DNA of 62,767 nucleotides, filler included, from Stramenopiles sp. TOSAG23-2 (Eukaryota): NCBI GenBank assembly GCA_900128395.1. It is 12 parts of 12 records of this genome, joined end to end, with 100 filler letters (N's around TTAATTAATTAA, not from the genome) between each part and the next. Parts side by side here need not be neighbours in the genome. Positions count along the whole stretch, not along the records: positions 16,832 to 22,339 come from LT650659.1; positions 22,440 to 27,931 come from LT650660.1; positions 28,032 to 33,523 come from LT650661.1; 9 more parts are not named here. The stretch is one strand, 5' to 3'. Both the position numbers and the translations under genes were made by a program. Under the pieces are notes generated by a model, which saw only the letters and a program-made list of their open reading frames with translations, did not search any database and was not told the DNA's origin. This document shows, one piece after another, positions 20,472 through 31,748 of the stretch. Numbering within the stretch: position 1 is the stretch's first letter; each line of letters begins with the position of its first letter.

Positions 20472-21302
20472 AAAATGAAAAAAAAAAGAATTCCGTTTCG
20501 TATGATAGTTCTTTTCCACCTGGGTCCATATTCGTAGAGTGTTGTGTGTTCTAATACGAACGTAAGAGATTTATACGGTGGTATTTACCTCTCCGTACAG
20601 TAAAATAATATCATAGTACGAAATCATTATCCATATACTTCGTATTAAAAATAAATAATAAAATAATATTATTTTTAAAAGCATTTCTCTATAATATTTA
20701 TATCCGACACTATATTTTTTAAAAATTATTTACGAACTTTGGTACTCGTATTATATATAAGTAATTTTTTGCAGTGTGTGTAGTGTGTGGTGTTACTGTA
20801 TTTTAAAATGCTTTCCGTTTGTTTCAAATCTATTTCTAAGCCTTACAATTCATACAAATGTTTTTTATTGCTTTTTGTAAGGAGAAAGGTGCAAAAGTGC
20901 AAAATCTATGGCCGCCGGTATGTGTATACTTATTAGAATACTTTCAATGAACCTCAAAACACTATCAAGAAGATCGTCCATCATTATTTGTTACATTTAT
21001 TCATATTAATACCAATATATATAAATTAATATGAATAGAAAATAAGAAAAAGTAAAATATACATTACATGATATGGTTCGTTTGTATCGCATTGGTGAGA
21101 TATCATATAACCAAAAGATGGAAGAGCAAAAGGCAGGTAATGGGAAGGAAAAGGTTGTTGTTGATAATGTTGAACAATTAAAATCCATTGTCACGACGAA
21201 TGAAATAAATAATAATAATGATGATGGTGATATAGAATTAGCCACCGCAAATAATAGCAACAATAATGGGAGTCATGCAGATACTACTACTACTACTAGT
21301 AG

Positions 21303-21331
<29 letters not shown>

Positions 21332-21349
<18 letters not shown>

Positions 21350-21742
21350 CCGAAGATGACGATGATGATGATTCAGATGATGGAGATACATCAGATGGAA
21401 CATTTGATGTTTCATGACCATACGAGCAATTTTCAACGCATTTGTTGCATTTGAACCTAATGCTACAAAATGTAAAACTTTTTGGCTATAATCAATACCC
21501 TCTTTATATTTGTTAAAACGGAAATGTGTTTTACTCAAATGTAAATATAAACCAAGCTGTTCCCGTTTATTCTCACTAGTTTTGGCATTATCCAAATGTT
21601 TTCGAAGCGCATCAATTGCTGTATCATAGTCCCCGGCTTGATATGGTGAGATTGCATTTTTATATTTTTCTGCATTATCGCAAAGGATGTAAGCAAATGT
21701 GTAATACTCCTCCTCCTCCTCTTCTTCCTCTTCCTCCTCCAT
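21332..21742 (-). pseudogene. Short TPR-like ORF, probably truncated or chimeric
   Basis: TPR-like helices (YQAGDYDTAIDAL; LYLHLSKTHFRFNKYKEGIDYSQKVL), then the frame runs antisense into a low-complexity + strand ORF (21073-21417). Confidence 0.4.
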
Positions 21743-22069
21743 TTTTCCACGTGTTACAATGTTTTTCTAGTCTGATATATACTGTATATACTCGTGCGTC
21801 TCTCTTAAGCTTATTATATCTGTATATATCTATAGATATTATTTGTATACCATCATTTGTTTGTACTACTATATTCGTAATGTATTTTTATTATATATAT
21901 TTTAATTTTTGTAGAAGAAGTATAAAATGCGTTTGTTTGTAAAAAAATGTTCTATAAATAGCATTATTAGACTTAGTATATCTTTTTCTTAGTTAATATC
22001 TTCCTATCTATCTCTATTTGAGCTAAAAATCTCAAATAATCATAGTCTAGTTATATCCCTCTACTTATT

Positions 22070-22193
22070 TTAGTTACGGCAGACTGCCGTAACTAACTTC
22101 TTTTTTGTACTTGTGCCTATCAATCTCCTTGTAGTAAATGCTTCCATGCTGTGGCAATGTATAGTGATAGTTACGGCAGACTGCCGTAACTAT
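22070..22193. repeat. Two copies of the 25-bp palindrome TAGTTACGGCAG-A-CTGCCGTAACTA
   Basis: Exact copies at 22071-22095 and 22168-22192. Confidence 0.95.
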
Positions 22194-22684
22194 ATTGTAT
22201 ATCAACACAGCATTAAAATAAATCCATCTTTGGAGTAGGGTAGTCTAAAATACTATATATTTATTCTACTTTAAAAAAAAAAGAAAAAAATCCAGAATCG
22301 TTTCAATTTCATCTAAGGGATTTACATATATATCGAGGTNNNNNNNNNNNNNNNNNNNNNNNNNNNNNNNNNNNNNNNNNNNNTTAATTAATTAANNNNN
22401 NNNNNNNNNNNNNNNNNNNNNNNNNNNNNNNNNNNNNNNATATTACACAAAATTTAAAATAAAAGAAATAAAAGATATATATATATATATATATATATAG
22501 ATAGATTTAGCTAGATAACATATATTATATTATATACGACTCGTATATGATAAATTACTTTTTTGTACGAGTAAAACAATGGACATGGCGAAATAATAAC
22601 TACAGACACACGCGCGCACCTTTTCTAAAAACTTTCTTTCAATCCACTATCCACATACACACTAGCACACTAGTCTACACAATT

Positions 22685-24001
22685 TTACTTGAAGCGTTGT
22701 CGCATTGGTGATAAAATTACATTTCTATCTTGCCTAGTAAAATTTTGAATTTCTTCCCTTGATCCACGTCTTGGTGTTGGCATTAATCCTGCACGGGAGT
22801 TTGAACTATACATACTATTATCATTACGACTTCGGACTGTACGTGGTTTCATAAACTTATCAAATTGATATAACCATATATTTCCATGTGTGCTGCAATA
22901 ATACAATGATGTTACTACCAGAACAATAGCAAAGAGAAAATTCTCAAACATCCAAGTAATAATTGATGAGATGGTACCAACATCATTATTTTCTTCAACT
23001 ATTTTAGTATTTGTATCATCGTTACCTTCAACAACCGTTTCTTTAATAGCTTCACGCTCCATTTTCTCTTTTCGCTCTTTCTCTTGTTTTGCCAATGTCA
23101 TCTTTTGTTTCTCCTCGCTATATTTTTTAAATTCTAATTGGTCTTGCAAAAATTGGTCACGATCTTTCGCTCTGGATTCTTTTGTTTCATTCAATTCAAC
23201 TATTTGATCTGAAATTTTATTATGAATTTGTGCTAATGTTGCTTCGAAATTTGCAATTAAATTTTGTTTCGCTTTTTGAGCTTCCATTTGTACATTTAAA
23301 TCTTTTAACTCGTTATAGATTTTAACATTTTCTGCTTTTAAATTAGATATGACATCGTTGGCTTGCTCAAGCAAATTTAAGCCATGAAGCTTTTCGCTTT
23401 CTAATTCTAAAATACGTTGTGTTAACCTTTCATTTTCTGGTTCTAAAACATCAATTTTATCTTTCACCATAGAAATGTCAGTTTCTAAATCTGAATATGC
23501 TTGTGATTTGCGTTGGTATTCGCTTTGTAATTCGTTATGATTCGCTTCCTCCGCCCCTAATCTATTCTTTAAGGAACTAAGCTCTTCTTCATATTGACTA
23601 ATTGCTATCTTTTGGTCATTTATGATACTATTATCAATTTCGTGCTGTTTTTCGAATTCCCAATTTTTTTCCATCGTTTCCCTTAGTTTTATACCAGCAG
23701 TTGTTAGTGAACATGCGTCAGTACAAGCAGCAAAAACCCGTTTTAATGCTTTTTCGGATTCTTCTTTACGGGCTTTTTCTTTAACATAGGCAGAAGCAGC
23801 TTCTGCATCAACGCTTTCATCACCATCGATGGTAAAAGCTTCTTGTTCTTCTTCAACATGATTATTTTCTAACATAATTTCCTCCTCTTGATAATAGGTC
23901 TCCGTTTCAATATTTGTATCATAAGCAACGACATTATTATTTGTGAAAAAAAAGGTACATACAATAATAGTAATAATGTAAATTGATAATTGATATTTCA
24001 T
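22685..24001 (-). CDS. Type I membrane coiled-coil protein of unknown function
   Basis: Signal peptide, long coiled coil, hydrophobic segment FLFAIVLVVTSLYY and a short basic tail. Confidence 0.8.
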   Translation of the reverse strand: MKYQLSIYIITIIVCTFFFTNNNVVAYDTNIETETYYQEEEIMLENNHVEEEQEAFTIDGDESVDAEAASAYVKEKARKEESEKALKRVFAACTDACSLTTAGIKLRETMEKNWEFEKQHEIDNSIINDQKIAISQYEEELSSLKNRLGAEEANHNELQSEYQRKSQAYSDLETDISMVKDKIDVLEPENERLTQRILELESEKLHGLNLLEQANDVISNLKAENVKIYNELKDLNVQMEAQKAKQNLIANFEATLAQIHNKISDQIVELNETKESRAKDRDQFLQDQLEFKKYSEEKQKMTLAKQEKERKEKMEREAIKETVVEGNDDTNTKIVEENNDVGTISSIITWMFENFLFAIVLVVTSLYYCSTHGNIWLYQFDKFMKPRTVRSRNDNSMYSSNSRAGLMPTPRRGSREEIQNFTRQDRNVILSPMRQRFK

Positions 24002-24555
24002 TGTTCCAAAAGTCAGTTGGTATGTTATTACTTCTTACGTGACACGTGGATGTATACTTTGTCGGAATATCTATCTATCTACATATGTATATGTTCGTGT
24101 TCTATGAACACCTTCAACACTTTGGAAAAACTAAATGTTAATCATTTATTATAATTAACTGTCAAAATTCATTATTTTTCAATCATCATCATACTGTACT
24201 GTATCACATAGCAACCATACATAAAAAAACATTGCGTTTTCTTATTCTCTTCGGCCTGGTTCCTGTCGTCGTCTCACAGTGCTGTGTTTATGTTAAAATT
24301 ATATATTATAGGTCAATCAGGAATTTAGAATATAAAATGGTATATAATAACAACAGACTTTTTTTCATGTGTTTTAATAAAATAAATCCGGTATAATAAT
24401 AATACTAGTATTATATAAAAGTTAAAAGTACTGTATTATAAATATAATAGATAACAATATATTTATACATATCACAATATTAACTCTTTATAATAAATTT
24501 ACTTGTTTTACTTAATACTTTTTTTCAAATCCAATAATATTATATAGATAGAAAG

Positions 24556-25872
24556 ATGGCTAGTAATAACAATAATATTAGTTATAAAAGTGGTTTGATA
24601 GTTACTGATATAAAAACACCCAATGGTGAGAGTTCGTCATTTATGACAGAAACACTTGTAGACGGGGGGACTTCTAGTGTTATTAACTTTCCATCTGCAC
24701 CACCAACAGGCGGTTTAGCCTTAGGTGGAAGTTTTTCAATCACACAATCATCCATATTTTCCAATGCTGAAGAAGCATTTGATAATATTAAGACTGTAAA
24801 TGTATCAAACTTGTCTGCTTTGTTTAACTCCAAACGTCCAGACTCTATAAATGGGTTGCAAAAATCAGAAAGAATCATGTGTTCCAAAGTGTTAGAGAAA
24901 AAAGCTCCTAGTGTTGTGAATCCTAAACGTCGTCGAAAATTTTTAGAATCATCTAGATTGATTCATCATGTAAAAGAGAAAAAAAGGAATCAACATCCAC
25001 TTACTAGCTATGGTGGACCAGTTAGGAAATGGCCTACAAAACGACGGGGTAAAATTGCACCATTAGTATACGTACGCGATGACGAAGATGACCTTCTAAA
25101 TGAATATTATAATCAAAACTATGTTTCAAAAAAAGGTGCTGGAGGTGGCATTTATCATAAAAGTATTAATGGATATGTTGGAGGTGGAAGCTATATAATT
25201 GACAATATGGTGGATGGAGAAAACATATATCATGGTATAAATAAATCTAAACGTTTTTTGTCAAGTAGTGAATCAAATATGAGTTTTTTAGCAGGGAAAC
25301 CTGGATCTACAGCAAGTGATTTTAAACACATTCAAAGTGCTGGTGGTGGAGATTTATTATTACGTCCATGGTCGCAACGAAAAGAAGATAAGAAAAATTC
25401 GAAACAAAGGACGGATGGAAAAGTAAGGAAAAATAAAGAAAAACATGATGTATATAAAAAAATCCCACCATACGCCAATCCAAATCATTTTCGTGCAATA
25501 TCCCCAGTAATTTTTCCAATTTATGGTGCTGGTAAAGCATCCAAAGCAAAAATGGCACATTCATTATCAAGTTCAATCAGGCCAAGGTCCGGGCATACAA
25601 ATAGAACTATGTCAGCAAATTCTATTGCAATTAACGAATGGAATACTCATGATCTTAATGCTGGAGATAGTATAAGTAGTGTTAATAATTCCATCGTTTT
25701 ACCGCCAGAACCACCGCAATCTGCCTCAAGTTTAAAGAGAAGCAGCCTTGACAGTAATGGCAGCTTTAAACCTATTGTTTCAAATAACAAAGATAATTTA
25801 TTGATTGTATTGATGCCAAAAGCATCACCAACGATAAATAAATCGTCTATGTCTCCAACGTCTCCAAACTAA
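24556..25872 (+). CDS. Hypothetical Ser/Lys-rich disordered protein
   Basis: 438-aa ORF in AT-rich DNA with no recognisable domain. Confidence 0.7.
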   Translation: MASNNNNISYKSGLIVTDIKTPNGESSSFMTETLVDGGTSSVINFPSAPPTGGLALGGSFSITQSSIFSNAEEAFDNIKTVNVSNLSALFNSKRPDSINGLQKSERIMCSKVLEKKAPSVVNPKRRRKFLESSRLIHHVKEKKRNQHPLTSYGGPVRKWPTKRRGKIAPLVYVRDDEDDLLNEYYNQNYVSKKGAGGGIYHKSINGYVGGGSYIIDNMVDGENIYHGINKSKRFLSSSESNMSFLAGKPGSTASDFKHIQSAGGGDLLLRPWSQRKEDKKNSKQRTDGKVRKNKEKHDVYKKIPPYANPNHFRAISPVIFPIYGAGKASKAKMAHSLSSSIRPRSGHTNRTMSANSIAINEWNTHDLNAGDSISSVNNSIVLPPEPPQSASSLKRSSLDSNGSFKPIVSNNKDNLLIVLMPKASPTINKSSMSPTSPN

Positions 25873-26094
25873 ATATTGTGTGTGTGAGAAATATCTATAA
25901 TTACGTGTACCGGTATAGTCGTACGAATATTTTCTTTGAATATTGTGTGTGTGTGTGTGTTTGTGTGTGTGGAAAATAACATAAAATTTTACGAAGTAAT
26001 ATATGAACACAATATTTAAAACACAAGATAATATAATATTCTGAATTATTAATCTAGAAGAGAGAGTTTATTTTAAATTGTTTTTAAAGTTTTT

Positions 26095-27915
26095 TTACCA
26101 ACTGTTTATAATTCCCTGCTTATCTAACAATGCTTGCAAATCTTTTTTTTTAATCTTAATTTGATTTAATTTCAGATTATTATGCAAAGTACTCAATTCA
26201 ATTGATTCAAATCTTAATATTTTTTCATATAAATGCTTATCTTGTTTTATAAATGTAACAATTCGTAACTCTAATGAAGATGGTTCATCTACTACGTCAT
26301 CATTATCGTCATCCTCAATTGCAATCACGTTATTAGTGCTGCTAGTTGTAGTAGTTGTAGTAGTAGTAGTAGTAGTATTTCTGTTCGTATCGTCATTTTC
26401 ATCTCCACCAATTTCTTTTGTCGCTGATGTCATCTTCAAAATAGTATCTGTAGTATTTGTTGCATTATCTATAATAATACTTGATTCCACTTCTACCTCT
26501 TGTGATAATACCTTTTCTACGTGATTAATTTTTACTTCCTCTTCTTCTTCCGCCTCTTTCTCTGATTCATCCCCATTTTGCTTTCGATATTCAATTGCGG
26601 AGCCTATTAACGCTATAAAGTAATTACATGCAATAACGTCAGGACTTTCAAGATTAGATTTTTCAATTTCACTTTTTTTCAACAACATGTTTTCACGTGC
26701 AGTACGTAAGCTTTGAATGGATTGTTTAAATACATAAGTAATGTCTTGCTTCCAATTTGGGAAGCTATTTTTAACTTCTGTTGGTGCATTTTCTATCCAT
26801 AAAGAAGCAATAGATTGGTCGTCTTCATTTAACATAAAACTATGGCTAGATGAATTGGATAAGGGGACATCATGATTCGATTCATTGCCTGCATTATCAA
26901 CTTCTTCATCTTCTTCCGAGGACGACGTATCAAAGCTTTCTTCGACTTGTGCAACTAATTGAGATAATGCAGTATTGTCCTCGTCAGAATCATTTTCATC
27001 ATCATCATTATCATTTCCCGCCATTAATTTTTTATTCATTTCTCTAACAGCTTTAGATTTATTTTTATATTCTTCCTGTGACGCTAAAATTGAAGATGCT
27101 CTCCACAGTGCGCTATTACTACGAGATATGGTATCATTATCATCAACACGATTCTCCGGCTCATTATTATTGTTTTCATTGCCTTTATTTCTCTTCGTAA
27201 ACTTTTCAGATATTGAACTTCGAGGTAAGTTCGATTTTACTACATTACTATTAAAAGCATTATTATTGTTAAAGACATTTCTAGATGCTGTAGATGGACT
27301 AAACATTTGGCCACTGCCATATTCTTTTGTTGATTTCATTTTATTATTATTATTATTATTATTAGGACTCGTCGTTGTTGTAGTAATTACGTTTGTAGCA
27401 CCACCATGCAATTCCATAGCGTTATTATGCCGCTCCTTCGCTCGTTCCTTAGCTCGTTCTAAATTATACGCCAAAGCATTTCGGTGATCTTTCATAGATT
27501 CTATTTGCGCATCAACCGCTGCTAATCGTCGCTCAAGTCTTGCAAGTTCTATATCACAATGATCCTTATTTATAGAAACTCTTGAATTTGAATTTTCTAA
27601 AGATTTTGAAAGAGCAATTGCATGTTGCAATGCATCTTCCTCCATCATGCTTATATACGATGTATTTTTACTATTTTTCTTTCGCTTCTTTCGTTTAATT
27701 GTGGTGGTGGTGGCGGTAGTCGTGGTCGTTGTGCTAGCCATTTTCTTCTTTTTCTTTCTCTTTAACTTTTCCCGCTTTTTTTTGCTTTTTTTTTCAAAGA
27801 CAGACGATTCGCTATTTGGTGATTTATTTGCAGTCATCCAATTCCATAAAGAATTTTTTGAATTTTGTTTATCTGCATTTGCTTCAAATTCTTCAATAAT
27901 TGATTCCATTTTCAT
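26095..27915 (-). CDS. SLX4-like scaffold protein (UIM plus C-terminal Slx1-binding-like domain)
   Basis: UIM-like EEDALQHAIALSKS. The C-terminus LYEKILRFESIELSTLHNNLK...LQALLDKQGI matches the Slx4 C-terminal pattern. Confidence 0.65.
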   Translation of the reverse strand: MKMESIIEEFEANADKQNSKNSLWNWMTANKSPNSESSVFEKKSKKKREKLKRKKKKKMASTTTTTTATTTTIKRKKRKKNSKNTSYISMMEEDALQHAIALSKSLENSNSRVSINKDHCDIELARLERRLAAVDAQIESMKDHRNALAYNLERAKERAKERHNNAMELHGGATNVITTTTTSPNNNNNNNKMKSTKEYGSGQMFSPSTASRNVFNNNNAFNSNVVKSNLPRSSISEKFTKRNKGNENNNNEPENRVDDNDTISRSNSALWRASSILASQEEYKNKSKAVREMNKKLMAGNDNDDDENDSDEDNTALSQLVAQVEESFDTSSSEEDEEVDNAGNESNHDVPLSNSSSHSFMLNEDDQSIASLWIENAPTEVKNSFPNWKQDITYVFKQSIQSLRTARENMLLKKSEIEKSNLESPDVIACNYFIALIGSAIEYRKQNGDESEKEAEEEEEVKINHVEKVLSQEVEVESSIIIDNATNTTDTILKMTSATKEIGGDENDDTNRNTTTTTTTTTTTSSTNNVIAIEDDDNDDVVDEPSSLELRIVTFIKQDKHLYEKILRFESIELSTLHNNLKLNQIKIKKKDLQALLDKQGIINSW

Positions 27916-28031
27916 TTCTGTTATATTATTTNNNNNNNNNNNNNNNNNNNNNNNNNNNNNNNNNNNNNNNNNNNNTTAATTAATTAANNNNNNNNNNNNN
28001 NNNNNNNNNNNNNNNNNNNNNNNNNNNNNNN

Positions 28032-28587
28032 CTGCAACATTTTTTCCAATTGTTAATACACCATGATTTGCCATTAGCATCACATTATTAGTTTTCCCTC
28101 TCCTTTTACTATTATTCATGCTAGCAGCCATTTTTTCTGATTCTTCCATAAAACCCATTCCATCAAAATCATCGTAATATGTTATTCGATTGAAATAACG
28201 CATCGTGTTTTGGTCTATTGGTGGTAAAGTCATATCAGCAAATGTCGATAAAATTGTTGCATATTTCGAGTGACAATGCAAAATACAATTTGCATCTTTA
28301 ACTTTTGAATGGATAGTTCCATGAATATTTACTGCTGTAGGATCTATTATGTCTGGCCTATCTCGTAACATATCTATATCGTTTTCATTTACTAATAATA
28401 AATCACTAGCTTTCATTTTTGAAAAATGTTGTCCAGGCCGATTAATGTAAAAAGAATTATTATTATTATTATTATCTTCTTGATCTAATTTAATGGAAAA
28501 ATGGTTTGCAATTCCTTCATGCATATTTAATCTTGCCGTCCAACGAAATACAGCGGCTAAATCTTTTAACAATACATCTGTTTTCAT
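28032..28587 (-). CDS. Class II aldolase/adducin family protein, N-terminal part
   Basis: EGIANHFS, IHGTIH, CILHCHSKYAT and MANHGVL metal-binding motifs. Confidence 0.9.
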
Positions 28588-29109
28588 GTTTATTTTATAT
28601 AAATTATTATTATTATTATTTTACAATGGAAGTATACATATACATATATATGTTTGTCTTGTTCTACCTCAGGATAAAATATATATATGATTTACTTTTA
28701 CTCTCTCCACTACACCACTAATAAAAAAAGATATATATTTATTGATTTTTTGAGTTGTGCGCAGTTTAAAAGTTTGGTGCATAAACAGCGGTAGTAACTC
28801 TTAAAAATGTTGTTATTTTTAAGGTGCTTTGGTGCTTTTGATATTAGTACAAAGCCATAGTATACTTTTTATCATCATTTCCTGTCTCATAGGTTCAAAA
28901 AAGTGGTACAGATATTATCCTGGTGTTTTCTGTTGTTTTTTTTTAAAGGCACAAAGAAGAAAGAAAAGAAAGCTGGAAAGGATTACAGAAAGCAGAAAGA
29001 AAAGAAAGATTACAGATACATACCTAGAGAGTGAACGATTTTTTTATTGTTGAATATTTTTTTTAAAAAAAAGAGAGGGTTATATCAATTACTTAACAAC
29101 AACAATCAA

Positions 29110-29760
29110 ATGCCAGATCGATCTACCAATGAAATGGCCATATGGCTTTTGGTCTCTGCCGCAACAAATATTACAGGAATTCCAGTGGCATATTTAAATT
29201 ATAAAAAAGGACGAATTTTTGAATCAGTAATAATTATGTTTACAGTTATTACTAGTTTTATGTACCATGTATGTGATAGTATAGGATTGAAAGGTGCGGA
29301 AGGTATATGGCTTTCAGAAGGTCAATGGCACCGTCAAGATAACGTCGGTGCAATTATGTGCTTTGTGATATTATTTATATATTTATGTGACTTTAAAGAT
29401 AAAAAGCATGCGGAACTCTTCAAATATATATTTTTATGTATTGTAATTTTATTACAAGAAAAAAGTCCATGGTATTTAAATTTTACTATTGGTCCAATAA
29501 TAGCATCTGCAATATTATTTGTTGGCAAACGTATGATTGTAGATAAAGGTGTTTTTCCAACATGCAATAAAACATATTTAAAATATGCAGTAGGAATACA
29601 TTTCTTTGCTTTTTTATGTTTTGCACGTGGATTGGATGAACATACAGATCCATATCGTGTTTTTCATGGAATGTGGCATATGTTAAGTGGTATTGGTGGA
29701 TGGTATGATTGGCAATTAATAAAAGAAAAGAAAGAAAAAGATGATGATGATCATCCATAG
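29110..29760 (+). CDS. CREST-superfamily multi-TM protein (TMEM8/PGAP6/DUF3522-like)
   Basis: SFMYHVCD, QDNVG and HGMWH motifs with multiple TM helices. The ATG at 29110 is preferred over the upstream TTG. Confidence 0.8.
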   Translation: MPDRSTNEMAIWLLVSAATNITGIPVAYLNYKKGRIFESVIIMFTVITSFMYHVCDSIGLKGAEGIWLSEGQWHRQDNVGAIMCFVILFIYLCDFKDKKHAELFKYIFLCIVILLQEKSPWYLNFTIGPIIASAILFVGKRMIVDKGVFPTCNKTYLKYAVGIHFFAFLCFARGLDEHTDPYRVFHGMWHMLSGIGGWYDWQLIKEKKEKDDDDHP

Positions 29761-30083
29761 ATTAAAGAGACAGAGAGAGGAGAAAAAAAATTGACCACAC
29801 ACATTCTCTGTGGAGATGAAATATAAAAATATATTTTATACATGTACGTGTATATGTACATGTAATAATTTATATTCATATAAAATCATATAATTCTGTT
29901 TTATAAAGAGCGAGTATTCATCTCTCTCTCCACGCGGTATATATAATTAGAGCTTCACTATATAGTACGTAGGATAGAATATTTTATTCTCGAGATTGAG
30001 TATATTGAGCATATTATTTACCATGAGAAGTAAAACTATTATAACTTATATTTTAACCATCATTTTATATCTCTCTCCCTTCT

Positions 30084-30683
30084 TTAATCATCACTACCAC
30101 TCATTTGTGTCATCATTGTATGTGCATTTTTTAATTCAGCATGTAATACACGAAACATATTTGAAGACATATCAAATGATACATCATCGTTACTATTACT
30201 ACCTTTAATCTTTAACATAATATTAGGCTCTGCCATTCCTTGAATATTGCTAGAGCCAAGGACACAATCAACACGCCAATCAATCTTTTCAATCGTTTCC
30301 AGTTTAAATTCTTTTTGCTTGTACAATGCTAATATAGTATCTTTTTTCTTGAAATAAACATCTAACACAGCATTTGTTAAATCTTCATGTAAACCTAATT
30401 GTTGCATTTCTGTACCTAATATCTTTCGTTCCACATTATAACGAGTGGCATGATCTAACACGTAATTTACAGCTGCTAATGCTGCTTTTACATCCGAGCG
30501 TGTAAATTTCACCACCTGTGCAAGTTTATCTAATTTATCGTATGCTAAATCTTTCCCTAATAATTGTTTAATAACTTGTTCCGCGAAAAAAGTTATTTGT
30601 TTAGTAGATAATTTTGCAACAATAGCAATTTCTGTCAATAACCAATCTGGTGCATCTAAACCACCACAAAAACGAAATCTCAT
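30084..30683 (-). CDS. COMMD4: COMM domain-containing protein 4
   Basis: Diagnostic N-terminus MRFRFCGGLDAPDWLLTEI and COMM domain IDWRVD..LGSS. Confidence 0.93.
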   Translation of the reverse strand: MRFRFCGGLDAPDWLLTEIAIVAKLSTKQITFFAEQVIKQLLGKDLAYDKLDKLAQVVKFTRSDVKAALAAVNYVLDHATRYNVERKILGTEMQQLGLHEDLTNAVLDVYFKKKDTILALYKQKEFKLETIEKIDWRVDCVLGSSNIQGMAEPNIMLKIKGSNSNDDVSFDMSSNMFRVLHAELKNAHTMMTQMSGSDD

Positions 30684-30741
30684 ATTTTTCTATTGATGTT
30701 GCTTACTATTATTATTTGTTGTTGTTATATATATCTCTTTG

Positions 30742-31005
30742 AATGTGATGCTAATGGCAAATCATGGTGTATTAACAATTGGAAAAAATGTTGCAGAAGC
30801 ATTTGATCATTTATATTATTTTGAAAAATCATGTGAAACATATATAACTGCATTGCAAACGCGACAACCATTAAATGTCGTATCAGATGCTGTAGCCGAG
30901 AAAACTGCATTAGATTGGGAAAATTATCCAACCGATAGTGATCAATTACATTTAAATGCAATTCGATCAATTTTGGATATGGAAGATGAGACATATAAAA
31001 GTTAA
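30742..31005 (+). CDS. Class II aldolase/adducin family protein, C-terminal part
   Basis: The first 55 nt are the exact reverse complement of 28032-28086. It continues NHGVLTIGKNVAEAFDHLYYFEKSC to the stop. Confidence 0.85.
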   Translation, partial: NVMLMANHGVLTIGKNVAEAFDHLYYFEKSCETYITALQTRQPLNVVSDAVAEKTALDWENYPTDSDQLHLNAIRSILDMEDETYKS

Positions 31006-31748
31006 AAAATAATAATTTTTTGCGAAATTATAAAAAATAAAAGAGGAGAAAAATATATATAATATTTTTTCTTGGCTACTAGCAACTGCACTACGAATAG
31101 CAACACAATACTGTTTTGTAATTAAATACGAAGTATAAAATGTACGCCAGCCATCTCAGTTTCTAGCTTTTCCGATGCATCAGTCGAGAAATCATTTCAA
31201 ACCGTATATTTTTACGTTCGTACTTTCAGAGAAGTATAAAATATTTTATATTTCGAATTTTATTTTTTATATATGCATATATATAAATAATTTTAGAAAA
31301 TATTTTTATGATACAATAAATGGCTGTTTTCAAGATGACTTGTGGGAACCTCAAACATTGTTACATATTATACCCACATGGACATCTCTAATATATTTTA
31401 TATTTAATCATTTGATATACCGCCATAGCTGTAACATGTAACACACACACACAAATTGACATTTATTTATTGTGATTCATCATGTTTTTTATTAATATAA
31501 TACACTGGCATAACTTTTCGTATGAAAAATCTCATTTTTCATTTGGTATCATGTTATATGACTAGTATGATAATCTTGCTCTGTCCACACACATTTTAAT
31601 TGACAAACACGGACACACACACACTTATAAATATTAATTTTTGAGATTCTTGTGGAGTTCATTTTACACACAAGAAGAACACACAGCTCACATTATAAAT
31701 TGCATATATAAATCGACACTAAATATGAACAGAGTGATACAGTTTTTT

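Noticed and set aside
22071-22192. Mini-CRISPR (two palindromic repeats with a spacer)
   Set aside because: Only two units, a 72-bp interval, a eukaryotic context and no cas genes.
28032-30796. Aldolase gene split into oppositely oriented halves, resembling an invertible switch or trans-splicing
   Set aside because: The shared sequence is exactly 55 nt and sits at the contig end. This matches a common assembler k-mer and an inverted amplification chimera. No recombinase or site is nearby.
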